Assembly: GCA_027315455.1 (NCBI GenBank)
Contig: DAHUXZ010000006.1
Span: 8,952 to 72,951, forward strand
Reading direction: 5' to 3'
Source: Thermoplasmata archaeon
Lineage (GTDB): Archaea > Thermoplasmatota > Thermoplasmata > Lutacidiplasmatales > UBA184
Length of the DNA stretch: 64,000 bases
Positions within the stretch are counted from its first letter, which is position 1, and each line of letters opens with the position of its first letter. Below are positions 47,576-57,000 of this stretch, piece by piece. The notes under the pieces were generated by a model. The model searched no databases. It saw only the letters and a program-made list of their open reading frames with translations, and was not told where the DNA came from. Made by a program: the position numbers and the translations under genes.

Positions 47576-48712
47576 ATGGGCCCCACTCCGGAAGTCGAGC
47601 CGGCGTCGTCCTCCCCGCGGCGGCGTAGCCCGGCCGAGTTCCGCCGGCCCGGGGGGCCCTCCCGGCCGCCTCCGAGGCAGACCCCGAGGCATCTTCACCG
47701 ATCCGGGCCTCATACTCTCGCGGTCAGCCTCCCGAAATCTTGGATCGATGGGCACTCTCTCACCCGGGGGTCCGTGGTCTGGCTCCACTCGAGGGACGAC
47801 GGAAGACTGGTAGTCGCCCCGGCTAGCCCCGAGGGGGCGGGGCCGGCCGGGGATCGGGTGTTGACGATCGGTTCAAACCACTTTGGCGACCCCCAGGTCC
47901 TCGCTCGGACGGTCTTCGGCGGGTATGTGGTCGGGTATGACCGGATCGAACTCATCGACGCCGATGGATTCGACCGGGACCGGCGACAGGAGCTGGAGCG
48001 CACGGCCCACGCCTTTGTGGGGCTGCAGGTGGTGTTCCACGACACCCATCGTGTGACTTTGCAGAGCTTCCTGGACGCCCGTCGGCACACTGTCCCGAAG
48101 GTCTTGACCCGGGCGGGTCTGGTAGTGGAGGAGATGGCCCAGCTCCTCGCGGCGGCGGTCCGGGGTTCGTCCAAGGTGCCGATCAAGGAACTCGCGGCGA
48201 TGGAAGCGGAGTCCGACCGGCTGTATGCCCTGGCGCTGCGACAGCTCATGCTCGCGCAGGGCGACCCCGCGCTGGCTCGCCTATTGGATGTGCGAGAGCC
48301 TCGAGACCTTCTCGGGGGTCGGATCGTCGGCAAGATCTACGAAGAGATCGCGGACCTTCTCTGCAGAGCTGCGCCGGAGCTTCGGGCCGGCCTGGAAGGG
48401 CGGGAGCTGCCGGGTGCACTCCGGGCGGACCTGGTGGGCCATGTGGAGGCGCTCCGGACGATGGTGCAAGACTCCTCCCGCGCCCTCCTGAAAGAGGACA
48501 GCAATCTCGCCCACCGGGTTCTGCGCCATCGGGAGGACGGCCTCGAGGCGCTGCACCGAACCGAGCATCTCTTGGCGCGGGCCCGACTCCCCCGACGGCA
48601 AACCGCGTCGCTGGCAATCTTCGCGTGGGGGCTTGGGACCTCCCGTCGACTCTGCGGGACCATTGCCGAGGTCGCGCTCAACGAATCGATCCAATCGACG
48701 GCCACCGGGTAG
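47576..48712 (+). CDS. Archaeal AbrB/SpoVT-PhoU-family regulator
   Basis: N-terminal TLAVSLPKSW...GRLVV (AbrB), YVVGYDRIEL, E.ESDRLY, EEIAD, IAE helical PhoU repeats. Confidence 0.8.
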   Translation: MGPTPEVEPASSSPRRRSPAEFRRPGGPSRPPPRQTPRHLHRSGPHTLAVSLPKSWIDGHSLTRGSVVWLHSRDDGRLVVAPASPEGAGPAGDRVLTIGSNHFGDPQVLARTVFGGYVVGYDRIELIDADGFDRDRRQELERTAHAFVGLQVVFHDTHRVTLQSFLDARRHTVPKVLTRAGLVVEEMAQLLAAAVRGSSKVPIKELAAMEAESDRLYALALRQLMLAQGDPALARLLDVREPRDLLGGRIVGKIYEEIADLLCRAAPELRAGLEGRELPGALRADLVGHVEALRTMVQDSSRALLKEDSNLAHRVLRHREDGLEALHRTEHLLARARLPRRQTASLAIFAWGLGTSRRLCGTIAEVALNESIQSTATG

Positions 48713-48905
48713 CACCGCACCCCCCGGGAAGGCCTCGAAAGATCACCGGGATCCGGACGAACTCCGTGATGGGGGCCATAACGCACGCATTCAGCTCGAC
48801 CTTTTCTGAAACGCAGTTGAGTCGCGAGGAATGAGCGGCCGCATGGTCGGATTCCCTGCGGCTTCAGGATTCTAGGGTCGCGGGCCGGGCTGGACATTGA
48901 ATCTA

Positions 48906-50105
48906 GTGGCGCGGCCACGAAAGAAGGTTGACCCTATCGGGGCCTGAGCCAGATCGGCATCTTGGCTCTGCGACGGTGGTCTTTGCGCACGGTGTCGCGG
49001 AACCGCTTCCCTCGCGCCTGTCGTTCTTCGTTCCGATAGCGGACCGCCGAGGCGAGCACTTCGCCCACGGCCTCAGGGGTCGTGTGCGTCTCCCCGGCCA
49101 TCGCCAGCTTCTGCAGATCCCCGGCGTGGCACTCCACCGGGTTCAGGTGACTCGCATGGGTGGGCGTTGAGAACAGCCGTACCTTGTTCGCCTTCGCCCA
49201 CTGACGGATCGCTGCCGTCCAGTGGTTGCTCGCCCCGTCCCAGATCAGGTTCACCCACTGGTCGGTGGGATACTCCGCCCGCACGTCCTTCAGATACTCC
49301 AGCCAGTTCGCCGCGTGCTTCGTTCGGTAGACCCGACCGAACAGCCGCTGGTGGAACACGTTCAGCGTGAGGAAGTAGTAGACCGTCCCGAACTTCCGCT
49401 CATACTCGGCGGGAATGCGCGCCGGGATCTTCTGAGGGAACCATCCCTCGCCTCCGTGGGGGATCAGTTGGATCGGTCCGATCTCATCCGCCGAGAGGAC
49501 CACCGGCGGATTGTGCCGCTTCCGAGTCAGCTGGTCGATCTTCCGCTTCTTCTCCTCGAAGAGGGGGTCTGGGGAGGTCTTCCAGGTGCGGATCGACTGG
49601 TGGGAGACCTCATCCTCGTGGAGGATCACGCGGAGCCACTCCTCGCTGATCGACTCTACGATGCCGCGTTTCACGGCCTGCTCCCGAAGGCGGGAGAGCG
49701 ACCACTGGGCGTAGGGTAGTTCGAGGTCGCGTGGTCGGCTGAGGGCGAGGTCGACCAGCGCCTTGCGCTGGTCGTCGGTGAACTTCGGGGGTCGGCCGGG
49801 CCCCCACTTCGGCTGGAGCATGGCCATCCCATGCTCGTTGAAGGCGCGGATCACCCCACGAATGTAGTCCTCGCTCGCCAGGGCGATGATGGTAATCCGA
49901 GGAGGGGTGTTCCCCTGGTAGCTCGCGAGCACGATCTGGGCGCGCTTGAACTCGATGGCGTTCTGCCCGTGGCGGACGATGTGACGGAGCTTCTGTCCTT
50001 CCTCGAGCGTTAGGTCACGGACCCGCAGGACCATGCCACCGGGATAGCGCAACCCCGGAAAGTACCATCGGTCCAAAGGTCAGGCAACTTTACCGGCCGC
50101 GCCAC
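48906..50105 (-). mobile_element. IS630-family insertion sequence
   Basis: 28-bp imperfect TIRs (48906-48933 vs reverse complement of 50078-50105, 21/28, first 11 perfect); TA duplicated inside CTAG at both ends. Confidence 0.88.
48934..50034 (-). CDS. IS630-family transposase
   Basis: RAQIVL HTH, GRPPKFT, WSLSRL, DDE residues in SADEIG, IWDGASNH, ASHLNPVE. Confidence 0.9.
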   Translation of the reverse strand: MVLRVRDLTLEEGQKLRHIVRHGQNAIEFKRAQIVLASYQGNTPPRITIIALASEDYIRGVIRAFNEHGMAMLQPKWGPGRPPKFTDDQRKALVDLALSRPRDLELPYAQWSLSRLREQAVKRGIVESISEEWLRVILHEDEVSHQSIRTWKTSPDPLFEEKKRKIDQLTRKRHNPPVVLSADEIGPIQLIPHGGEGWFPQKIPARIPAEYERKFGTVYYFLTLNVFHQRLFGRVYRTKHAANWLEYLKDVRAEYPTDQWVNLIWDGASNHWTAAIRQWAKANKVRLFSTPTHASHLNPVECHAGDLQKLAMAGETHTTPEAVGEVLASAVRYRNEERQARGKRFRDTVRKDHRRRAKMPIWLRPR

Positions 50106-51157
50106 TAGGTCCGGGGAGCGCCGCACTTCGGGCAGACGGTCGCCGTGGTGTCGATGAGCGTCCCGCAGTAGCGGCAGTTGGTCTTGACCGTCTCCTGAAG
50201 GACGATCTGCTGGACCGGCGGCTGCGCCACCTGCCCGAGGCCGAGCGGCGGCGGGGACGGGAAGTTCGCGCGGTCGTAGGCGATCGTGCCCGGCGCCCCG
50301 TGACGGGGCAGCGTCGCGCCCCGTCGCCGGCGTCCCACGGCCCAGATCGCGACCACGACGACCAGGACGAGGACGAGCGCGCCGACGACGATCGTGGCGA
50401 CCTCGGCGACGTCGAGCCCCGCGGGAGGGGGCGGTGGCGGCGCCGCCGCCGGGGTGAGCGGGTAGCTCGTGCTGGTCGCCGCGAGCGTGTCGGTCCAGGT
50501 GAACCCGTCCCCCGTGCCATCGCGGTCGGTCTCGGTGTAGAGGTAGCCCACGATGTAGCCCGAGCCGGGGTCGAAGTACGCCTTCCAGGTGTACGTCGCG
50601 GTGAAGACGCCGTAGACGTCGTTGCGCTGGTAGGTGCCGTTGCCCTCGGCGAAGAGCGTCCGCACGTAGCCGGTGGGGCTCGAGGCCAGCGGGTAGGAGA
50701 CGTTCGTCCCCACCACCACGAGCTCGCTGTTGAGGACGTAGAAGCTCGCGCCGGGCCGGAGCGCGGAATCCATGTAGAACCAGACGTAGGGATCGACGTA
50801 CCCCGTCTGGTTGTCGGTCCCCTGGACGTAGTGGTACGTCGTCGGGGAGAACGTGAACGTCCCCTTAACGGGGACGATCTCGCTCTGGCCCGCGTTGCTG
50901 ACCCAATGGGTCACGCTCTGGTACGTGGTGTTCGCGGACCCGTTCGCGAGGAGGGAGGTGTCGTGGAGGCTGCCGTTGATGAAGGAGTGCTCGGTGTAGC
51001 CGGTGTAGTTGCCGACGCCGCCGTCGAGGACGATCGTCTCGGTGTAGGCCAGCTGGTCGCCGGCGTTTACCGCGCGCGGGAGCGGGCGGGCGACCGCCGC
51101 GGGAAGGAGGGCGAGGAAAAAGATCGCGGCGACGGCCAGCAGGCGTACCGCTCTCAT
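50105..51157 (-). CDS. Secreted beta-rich membrane-anchored protein with cytoplasmic zinc ribbon
   Basis: Signal peptide MRAVRLLAVAAIFFLALLPAAVA, Thr/Tyr/Gly-rich ectodomain, poly-Pro, TM helix followed by RRRR, C-terminal CRYC...CPKC. Confidence 0.8.
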   Translation of the reverse strand: MRAVRLLAVAAIFFLALLPAAVARPLPRAVNAGDQLAYTETIVLDGGVGNYTGYTEHSFINGSLHDTSLLANGSANTTYQSVTHWVSNAGQSEIVPVKGTFTFSPTTYHYVQGTDNQTGYVDPYVWFYMDSALRPGASFYVLNSELVVVGTNVSYPLASSPTGYVRTLFAEGNGTYQRNDVYGVFTATYTWKAYFDPGSGYIVGYLYTETDRDGTGDGFTWTDTLAATSTSYPLTPAAAPPPPPPAGLDVAEVATIVVGALVLVLVVVVAIWAVGRRRRGATLPRHGAPGTIAYDRANFPSPPPLGLGQVAQPPVQQIVLQETVKTNCRYCGTLIDTTATVCPKCGAPRT

Positions 51158-52680
51158 CCGGTGAACCCTCCGAACGCGTGGACGTGGCCCGGATGCGCGC
51201 CGGAGAACGCGCCATACGTGGAGAAGTAGTGCCCGTGGGCGACGAGGAGCGGGACCAGATACAGCCGGGGGCCGGGGGAGGGCGTCGGCGGGCCGGCCCC
51301 CGCCGGTCGGGCCGCGGCGGTGGCATCGTGCTCGTTGACGGAGGCGACCCGGATGCCGTGGAGGAGGCGGACGGCCAGGCAGAGCAGCTCGGGAGGGGGG
51401 ATCGGGCCGGTACGTCGGCCGAGGATGTCGTAGGCCCGCTCGAGGAGGGTGAGGGTCTCGTTCGCCTCGAGGACCGGGATCGCCGCGAGGATCGAGGCCG
51501 CCACGAGGGGATACTGGAGGTAGGTGCCGACCCCCCGCGCGATGATCGCGAGCTTCGTCCCGACCCCGGTGATGGGGAGGTCGGAGACGGTCAGGTACGC
51601 CGCCGAGAGCTCGACGTCCTCGCTCGGCTGATAGCCCCACATTCCGAACTGGGAGCGGGCCGCGACGAACTTCGCCGAGAGGTCGGCGAAGGGCGCGTTG
51701 ACGACCGACAGCAGCCCGGCGGCCTCGTACGAGCGGGTCAGCGCGAGGAAGGCGGGGAGGTTGGCGACGGCGAACGTCCCATCCTGGCGCTGTCCCGCGA
51801 GCAGGGTCGCCGCGACCGCGAGCGAGGATTCGGGGGGGACGCCGGTCGACGCGACGGACCGGTTCAGCTCGGCGAGAAGCGGAACGGTCTCGGAAAGGGG
51901 CCGAGCGAGCGTCGCGAGGATCTCCGCGCTGAGCAGGCGGTTCTCGGTGTTGGGGGTGAATGCCGCGACCTGTTCGTACGCCGAAAGGAACGTCGCCGCG
52001 GCCGTCGCGCCGTCGCTTCCCGACTTCGCGAGGCCGATCCCGACGGCCCACAGGTAGCTGCGGTCCACGCCGGGCAGGCGGGGCAGGAGCTGGCCGAAGA
52101 CGGCGCCGCCCGCGTCGGCGGTGCGTTCGAGCTCGGCGTCGACCCGCTGGCTATCGGCCCAGTAGGCCGAGAACTCCATGGCGGAGACACGGTAGGCCCG
52201 GACCTCGAGGTCGCGCAGCGCCATCGCCCCGAGCCCGGTGAGGGCCACGAACCCCCCGGCCGCCGGGACGAGGTTATCGAGGAGCGCCTTCTGCTGGACG
52301 AGGTCCGCGAACTGCGCTTCCCGGTCGCGCAGCTCGGCCTGCGCCGCCCGGAGCGCGGAGGCGTCGCCCGCGGCCTGGCCCTCCTCGGCGGCCCGTTTCG
52401 CCGCCCCTTCGAAACGAAAGAGGATCGAGTGCGTGTGGCGCTCCTCGGACCGGACCCGGGCCTGGAGCTGGGCGTACTCCGCCCCCTCGCGCTGGATCGT
52501 CTCCTGGGCGGAGCCCATGCCGCCCACGCGCGCCACGAGGGCCGCCCGATCCGCCGGGGAGAGCACCGCCACCAGCCGCGCGGCGGACAATTCCGTCAGG
52601 CCGGCCGGCGCGAGCTCCCCGGAGAGGGTGCGCGATCGCAGCCCGCTGAGGTACTGGAGGACCTCGGTGCAGGTCGTCAC
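51154..52680 (-). CDS. Hypothetical protein: N-terminal coiled coil, helical repeats, Gly/His/aromatic tail
   Basis: Host-like codon usage, coupled to neighbours; repeated amphipathic motifs LLSAEILA/LAVAATLLA/LSAAYLT/LVAASILA. Confidence 0.75.
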   Translation of the reverse strand: MTTCTEVLQYLSGLRSRTLSGELAPAGLTELSAARLVAVLSPADRAALVARVGGMGSAQETIQREGAEYAQLQARVRSEERHTHSILFRFEGAAKRAAEEGQAAGDASALRAAQAELRDREAQFADLVQQKALLDNLVPAAGGFVALTGLGAMALRDLEVRAYRVSAMEFSAYWADSQRVDAELERTADAGGAVFGQLLPRLPGVDRSYLWAVGIGLAKSGSDGATAAATFLSAYEQVAAFTPNTENRLLSAEILATLARPLSETVPLLAELNRSVASTGVPPESSLAVAATLLAGQRQDGTFAVANLPAFLALTRSYEAAGLLSVVNAPFADLSAKFVAARSQFGMWGYQPSEDVELSAAYLTVSDLPITGVGTKLAIIARGVGTYLQYPLVAASILAAIPVLEANETLTLLERAYDILGRRTGPIPPPELLCLAVRLLHGIRVASVNEHDATAAARPAGAGPPTPSPGPRLYLVPLLVAHGHYFSTYGAFSGAHPGHVHAFGGFTG

Positions 52681-52681
52681 G

Positions 52682-53884
52682 CTATCGGTCGACCAACGGG
52701 AAAATCGTATTTAGGGGTTCCTCCGAGAGGCGGTTCCGTATCTCGAGGGCCAGGCCCTCGGGGGTCTCCACCGGACGCGCGAACGGGTCGTCGCGCAGTG
52801 CCTCGCGGAGGACCGTCGCGAAGTGCTCTCGGCGGTCCCCGAGCGCAAGGAAGCGGCGGCGCCGCTCGGACTCGATCTGCTCGAAGGCGAACATGAACTC
52901 GTAGAGGGAACGGTACACCTGGTCCTCGAGCTTCTCCCGGACCTCCCTACGCTCCACGACGACCTCGTCGATCCCTTCGAGGTCGACGAAGTACGCCGCG
53001 CCGTCCGGGGCGAGGACCGCATCCTTGTCGAGCCAGACGTCGTGGAAGTCGAGGCCGCGATACCGGCCGGGCACCGCGTCGGGAGCGAGCGTGCGGGCGA
53101 ACAGGGTCAGCATCGCGACGACGCTCGCCACGAAGCGCAATTCGAAGGCCAGGGCGCGCGCGTTCGAGCCGATCCCGAACCGATCGAAGACCCATCGGAT
53201 GCTGTCGCCGACGGTCTGGCGGCCGTGGAAGTAGATGCGGACGTTCGACGGGACGAGCCGCAGCTCCTGGACGAACGGGCCGCGGTAGCGGCGGTACCAG
53301 TAGATCGACCGCAGGTCCTCCTCGAGCGACGGGGGAAAGCGGGCGATCTTGACCAGCGGGGCGAGCCGGAAGCCGGCGAGGCTGGTGAGGTCGGCCCGCT
53401 CGGAGACCGCGAGCGCCGTTCGGGCGTGCGCGAGCCCCTGCCCGCCGTACGGCGAGCCGCGCAGCCAGAGCTCCCCGGTGATCAGGCGCTCGGGTGCCGA
53501 ACCCGAAGCGGGCCCGAGGCGGTCCCGGACGGCCGGCGGACCGATCAGCGGACGGACCACGTCACGGTCGAGCCGCTCGGCGGCGAACGGGAGCACCTCC
53601 GAGCCGACGCCCTTGATGGAGAGGTAGAACGCCATTCCGTCCAGCGTCGCCGCCGGCTCGGGGAGGATCGCTCCCCGGTTGTCGTCCTCGATGAACTTTA
53701 ACCGGCCCGCGGACGGGCGGTCCATCAACCCCGCGAGGGCGGGGGGAAGGAAGAGCCGGTCGAGGTCCGAAAGGGGGTGTCCCGCGAACTGGCGGTTGGT
53801 GATCGTCTCGGCCGGGTACGCGTCCAGCCAGAGCGGGGTCCCGGGGAGTCGGTGGTCGACCGGCACTTCGCCCCGCGCGCTCAC
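52682..53884 (-). CDS. Hypothetical protein, possible protein-kinase-like/SelO-like fold
   Basis: LSIKGVG, SPYGGQG, FHDVWLDKD...YFVDLEG. The fold assignment is inferred. Confidence 0.7.
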   Translation of the reverse strand: MSARGEVPVDHRLPGTPLWLDAYPAETITNRQFAGHPLSDLDRLFLPPALAGLMDRPSAGRLKFIEDDNRGAILPEPAATLDGMAFYLSIKGVGSEVLPFAAERLDRDVVRPLIGPPAVRDRLGPASGSAPERLITGELWLRGSPYGGQGLAHARTALAVSERADLTSLAGFRLAPLVKIARFPPSLEEDLRSIYWYRRYRGPFVQELRLVPSNVRIYFHGRQTVGDSIRWVFDRFGIGSNARALAFELRFVASVVAMLTLFARTLAPDAVPGRYRGLDFHDVWLDKDAVLAPDGAAYFVDLEGIDEVVVERREVREKLEDQVYRSLYEFMFAFEQIESERRRRFLALGDRREHFATVLREALRDDPFARPVETPEGLALEIRNRLSEEPLNTIFPLVDR

Positions 53885-54053
53885 CCGCCCCCCGCCGCGG
53901 CCCCCGACGCGATCGACGGCCCGTTCGACGCGATACCCGCAGCCCCCGGACTCGCGGGCATCGCACCCTCGGCGGGCCCTCGAGCCGGAGGAGCCCCAAA
54001 AGGGTTCCCCGGCAGGGCCCCGCCGCCGTCAGGTCCCCACGTCGCCCCGTGAG

Positions 54054-57000
54054 TCACCCGTCGCCGCGGCCCGAGGGGAACGCCTCGTGGAGGCGCGCGA
54101 AGGTCGTCGGGTCGACGAGGTCGGGGTTCACGGGGACCAGTATCCGGGCCCCCTGGTGCCGGGCCATGTCGGCGAGCCCCTCCAGGAAGGCCGCGGTCCG
54201 CTCGGCGGTGTGGATCCGCACCAAGTACTCCACTCCCTCGAGGTACGCGGCCTCGACCCCGCGCTCCCCGAACGCCCGGCGGAACAGCTCGGTGAGGGCG
54301 GCGAGGTCCGTCGGCGGGAACGACCCCTCCCGCCGGACGTTCGAAAGCCAGACGACCTCGACCGCGCGCGGTCCGAGGCTCGCCCGCAGGCGGTCGGGGA
54401 AGTCGCGGCTCAGGCAGAGCCCCCGACGCGGCAGCTCGGTCGCGGCCAGGAACTCCGACCAGGACGTCCCGGGGGAGCGTTCGGGCCAGACCTCGACCCC
54501 GGTTCTCGGTGGAAGGACGGCTGGCGCCGCGGGCGCGGGGGAGCGCACGGCGGCGGGGTCCGCGGGGGTCAGCGCCGGCAGGACCGGCGCGGGGGGGGCC
54601 GGAGCGGTGCCCGGCCCGATACCGGTGGGCTCGGCCGGGGCGGGGGGGACCCCTACGGGCGGGGGGAGGACGGGAACCGGCATCGGCGCCGTGCGGGGTG
54701 CCGCTCGCGGCGCGACGGGATCCTCCGCGGCCGCCTCCCCCTGCGGGGGTGCGGGGGACGGCGCGGCGGCGGGCGCCGGCCCTTGGGTGCCGGACGGGGC
54801 GCAGACGACGACGCGAGGACGGAGGGGGCGGGGTGGGGAGGGACCGCCGAAGTGCTCCACGAGAAGGGCGGCGACCTCGGGCCCGAACCCGGGGATAGGT
54901 GCCAGCCGCTCGAACGGCGCGTGGGCGATCTCCTCGTAGGAGCCTAGCCCCGCCTCCCAGGCCATCGCGAGCTTCGTCGGTCCGAGAACGGGACGGCGCA
55001 GCTCCGTGTCGAACGCCGTGACGGCGTCGCGGATCGCGGACTCGCGCGCCCTCAGGCTCTCATCGAGATAGTCGGTCCCTTCCCAGGCCGCCGGAGCGGG
55101 GGGCCGGGGGCGGACGCGGGGGCGCCGGTCGCGGCGGGGCCGGACCTTGTGCCGGGCCGGCGCGGCCGGTGCCCCGACGAGGACGCACCTCCATCGATCC
55201 CCACGCCGCGTCCGCCCCTCCACGCCCCATCCCTCGGGAACGGGCTCGCCGGACGGGACGAGCCGCACGGGGACGCCTCCGAACGCCGGGCCGAGCGACG
55301 GGAGGAGGCGCTCGAGCTCGGCCGCGAGGGGCCCCGAGATTTGGACGGCGATCTCCGACACCAGCGACGGCTGGGGAAGCCGACCGAGCTGGCGATGGAC
55401 CTCGCGGAAGAGCCGGAACCCGTCCGGCGTCAACGGAGGGGGGGCCCCGCCGGTGGCGTCCCCCGACGCCCCGGGCGGCCTAAGGAGCAGCTCGCCGAGC
55501 CGCCAGGGCACGGCGACGACCCCCTCGGGAAGCGACTCGGTAAGGTCGACCATCGTCGCGGCGATCGGGTACGGCAGCCCGTCGAGGACGACCTCGAGCC
55601 GTCCGTCCTTGAGCCCGTCCTGGATCTGGGTCCCGGTCAGCTGCTCGAGGAGACGGGCGATCCGGCCAGCGACCGGGCCGTAGCGGGCGCGGATCCGCTC
55701 CAGGTTCGGGCTCGCCTCGACCCGGCGGGCATCCCACGGTCGGGCGGGCGACGCGATCTGGACGGAGGCCGCCCCCGCGATGCGGGCCAGGATCTCCGGC
55801 CGATCCCGCACGAGGCCGGCCGTCTCCTCATCGTTCAGGTAGACCACGATGGGAGGCAGATCGGCGGACGGGGCGACCTTGAGCTCGCGGCGATATCGGG
55901 CGACGGCCGTCCGCAGCTCCCGCCATACGCCGTACGCCCGCTCCGCGTTCGCATCGAGGAGCGCCTCCTGGACCGGGGCGAACGTCCGCTCGAAGACGCT
56001 CTCGTGATCGCCCCGCAGCGCGCGGTGGATCGCCTCCATCGTGAACGGAAGGATCGGGGCGGAAAGCTCGACCCAGCGCGGCAGGACGTGACCGAGGACG
56101 TTGAGCGCCGCGGCCTTCCCCGAGCTCGGCCCGGCCGACGCAAGGCGCGGCCCCGCGAGCGGCAGGTATCCGGCCCGCAGGTCCTCCTCCATGAACTGCG
56201 CGAGGCGCTCGTGCGCCGCGGCGAGCTCGCCCCGGTCGTAGAGGCGCAGGACCTCGAGCCGCATCCGCTCGAACAGGGAGAGGAACGCCCGGTCCTCCTC
56301 GGTCAGGCCCTCGAGCGGGCGGGTCACGACCGCCGCGTCCGGGTCGAAGCGCTCGGCGGCGAACCGCTCGAGGATCTCCCGGGCCGTCTCCCAGCTCTTG
56401 CGCAGGCGGCGATCCTCCTGCTCGCGGCGGTTGACGAGCGTGAGCTCCCCGTTGCGGGGCGCGCGCTCGGTGAGGAGGAGCGCGGCCCGCAGCGCATCGG
56501 CCGACTCCCCGAGGCCCGGCCGGGCCGGGACCTCCGAGCTCGGAAGGGTCGGGATCGTGGCGACCTTCAGCTCTTTCGGGTCGGCGTCGACCGCCTCCAT
56601 CGCGAGGAGGTGGTGGACCAGGGCGGGCGCCCGGCGTCGCTCGGGAAGGTAGAGCCAGGCCGAGTCGGCCGGGGCGACGGGGGCCGCGGCCGCCCAGGCC
56701 ACGACGGCGGCGTGGACCGGCGGAAGCAGATGCCGCCGGGAGACGAGGCGTACCCCGCCGCACCCGCAGCGATCGGGGGCGTCGGACGGGGCGAGCTCCC
56801 CGCACGACTGGCATTCGGAGAGCGCCGGGGCGTCCGGCTCGGAGGTGATCTCCCCGGCGCTCACGGGCCAAGGGACCACCTCCGACGCGCCGACCTCCGG
56901 TGCGTCGGGAAGGAGGCGCTGGTAGAGCGCCGTTCGCTGGGGGGAAAGGCGGTTCGGCGCGAGGCACCACGCCCGCCCGACGTCCCAGTGGAGGGCCGAG

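Noticed and set aside
54490-54850. Low-complexity Pro/Ala stretch as a DNA repeat element
   Set aside because: It is an in-frame flexible linker of the pseudo-IleRS fusion with no exact tandem unit.
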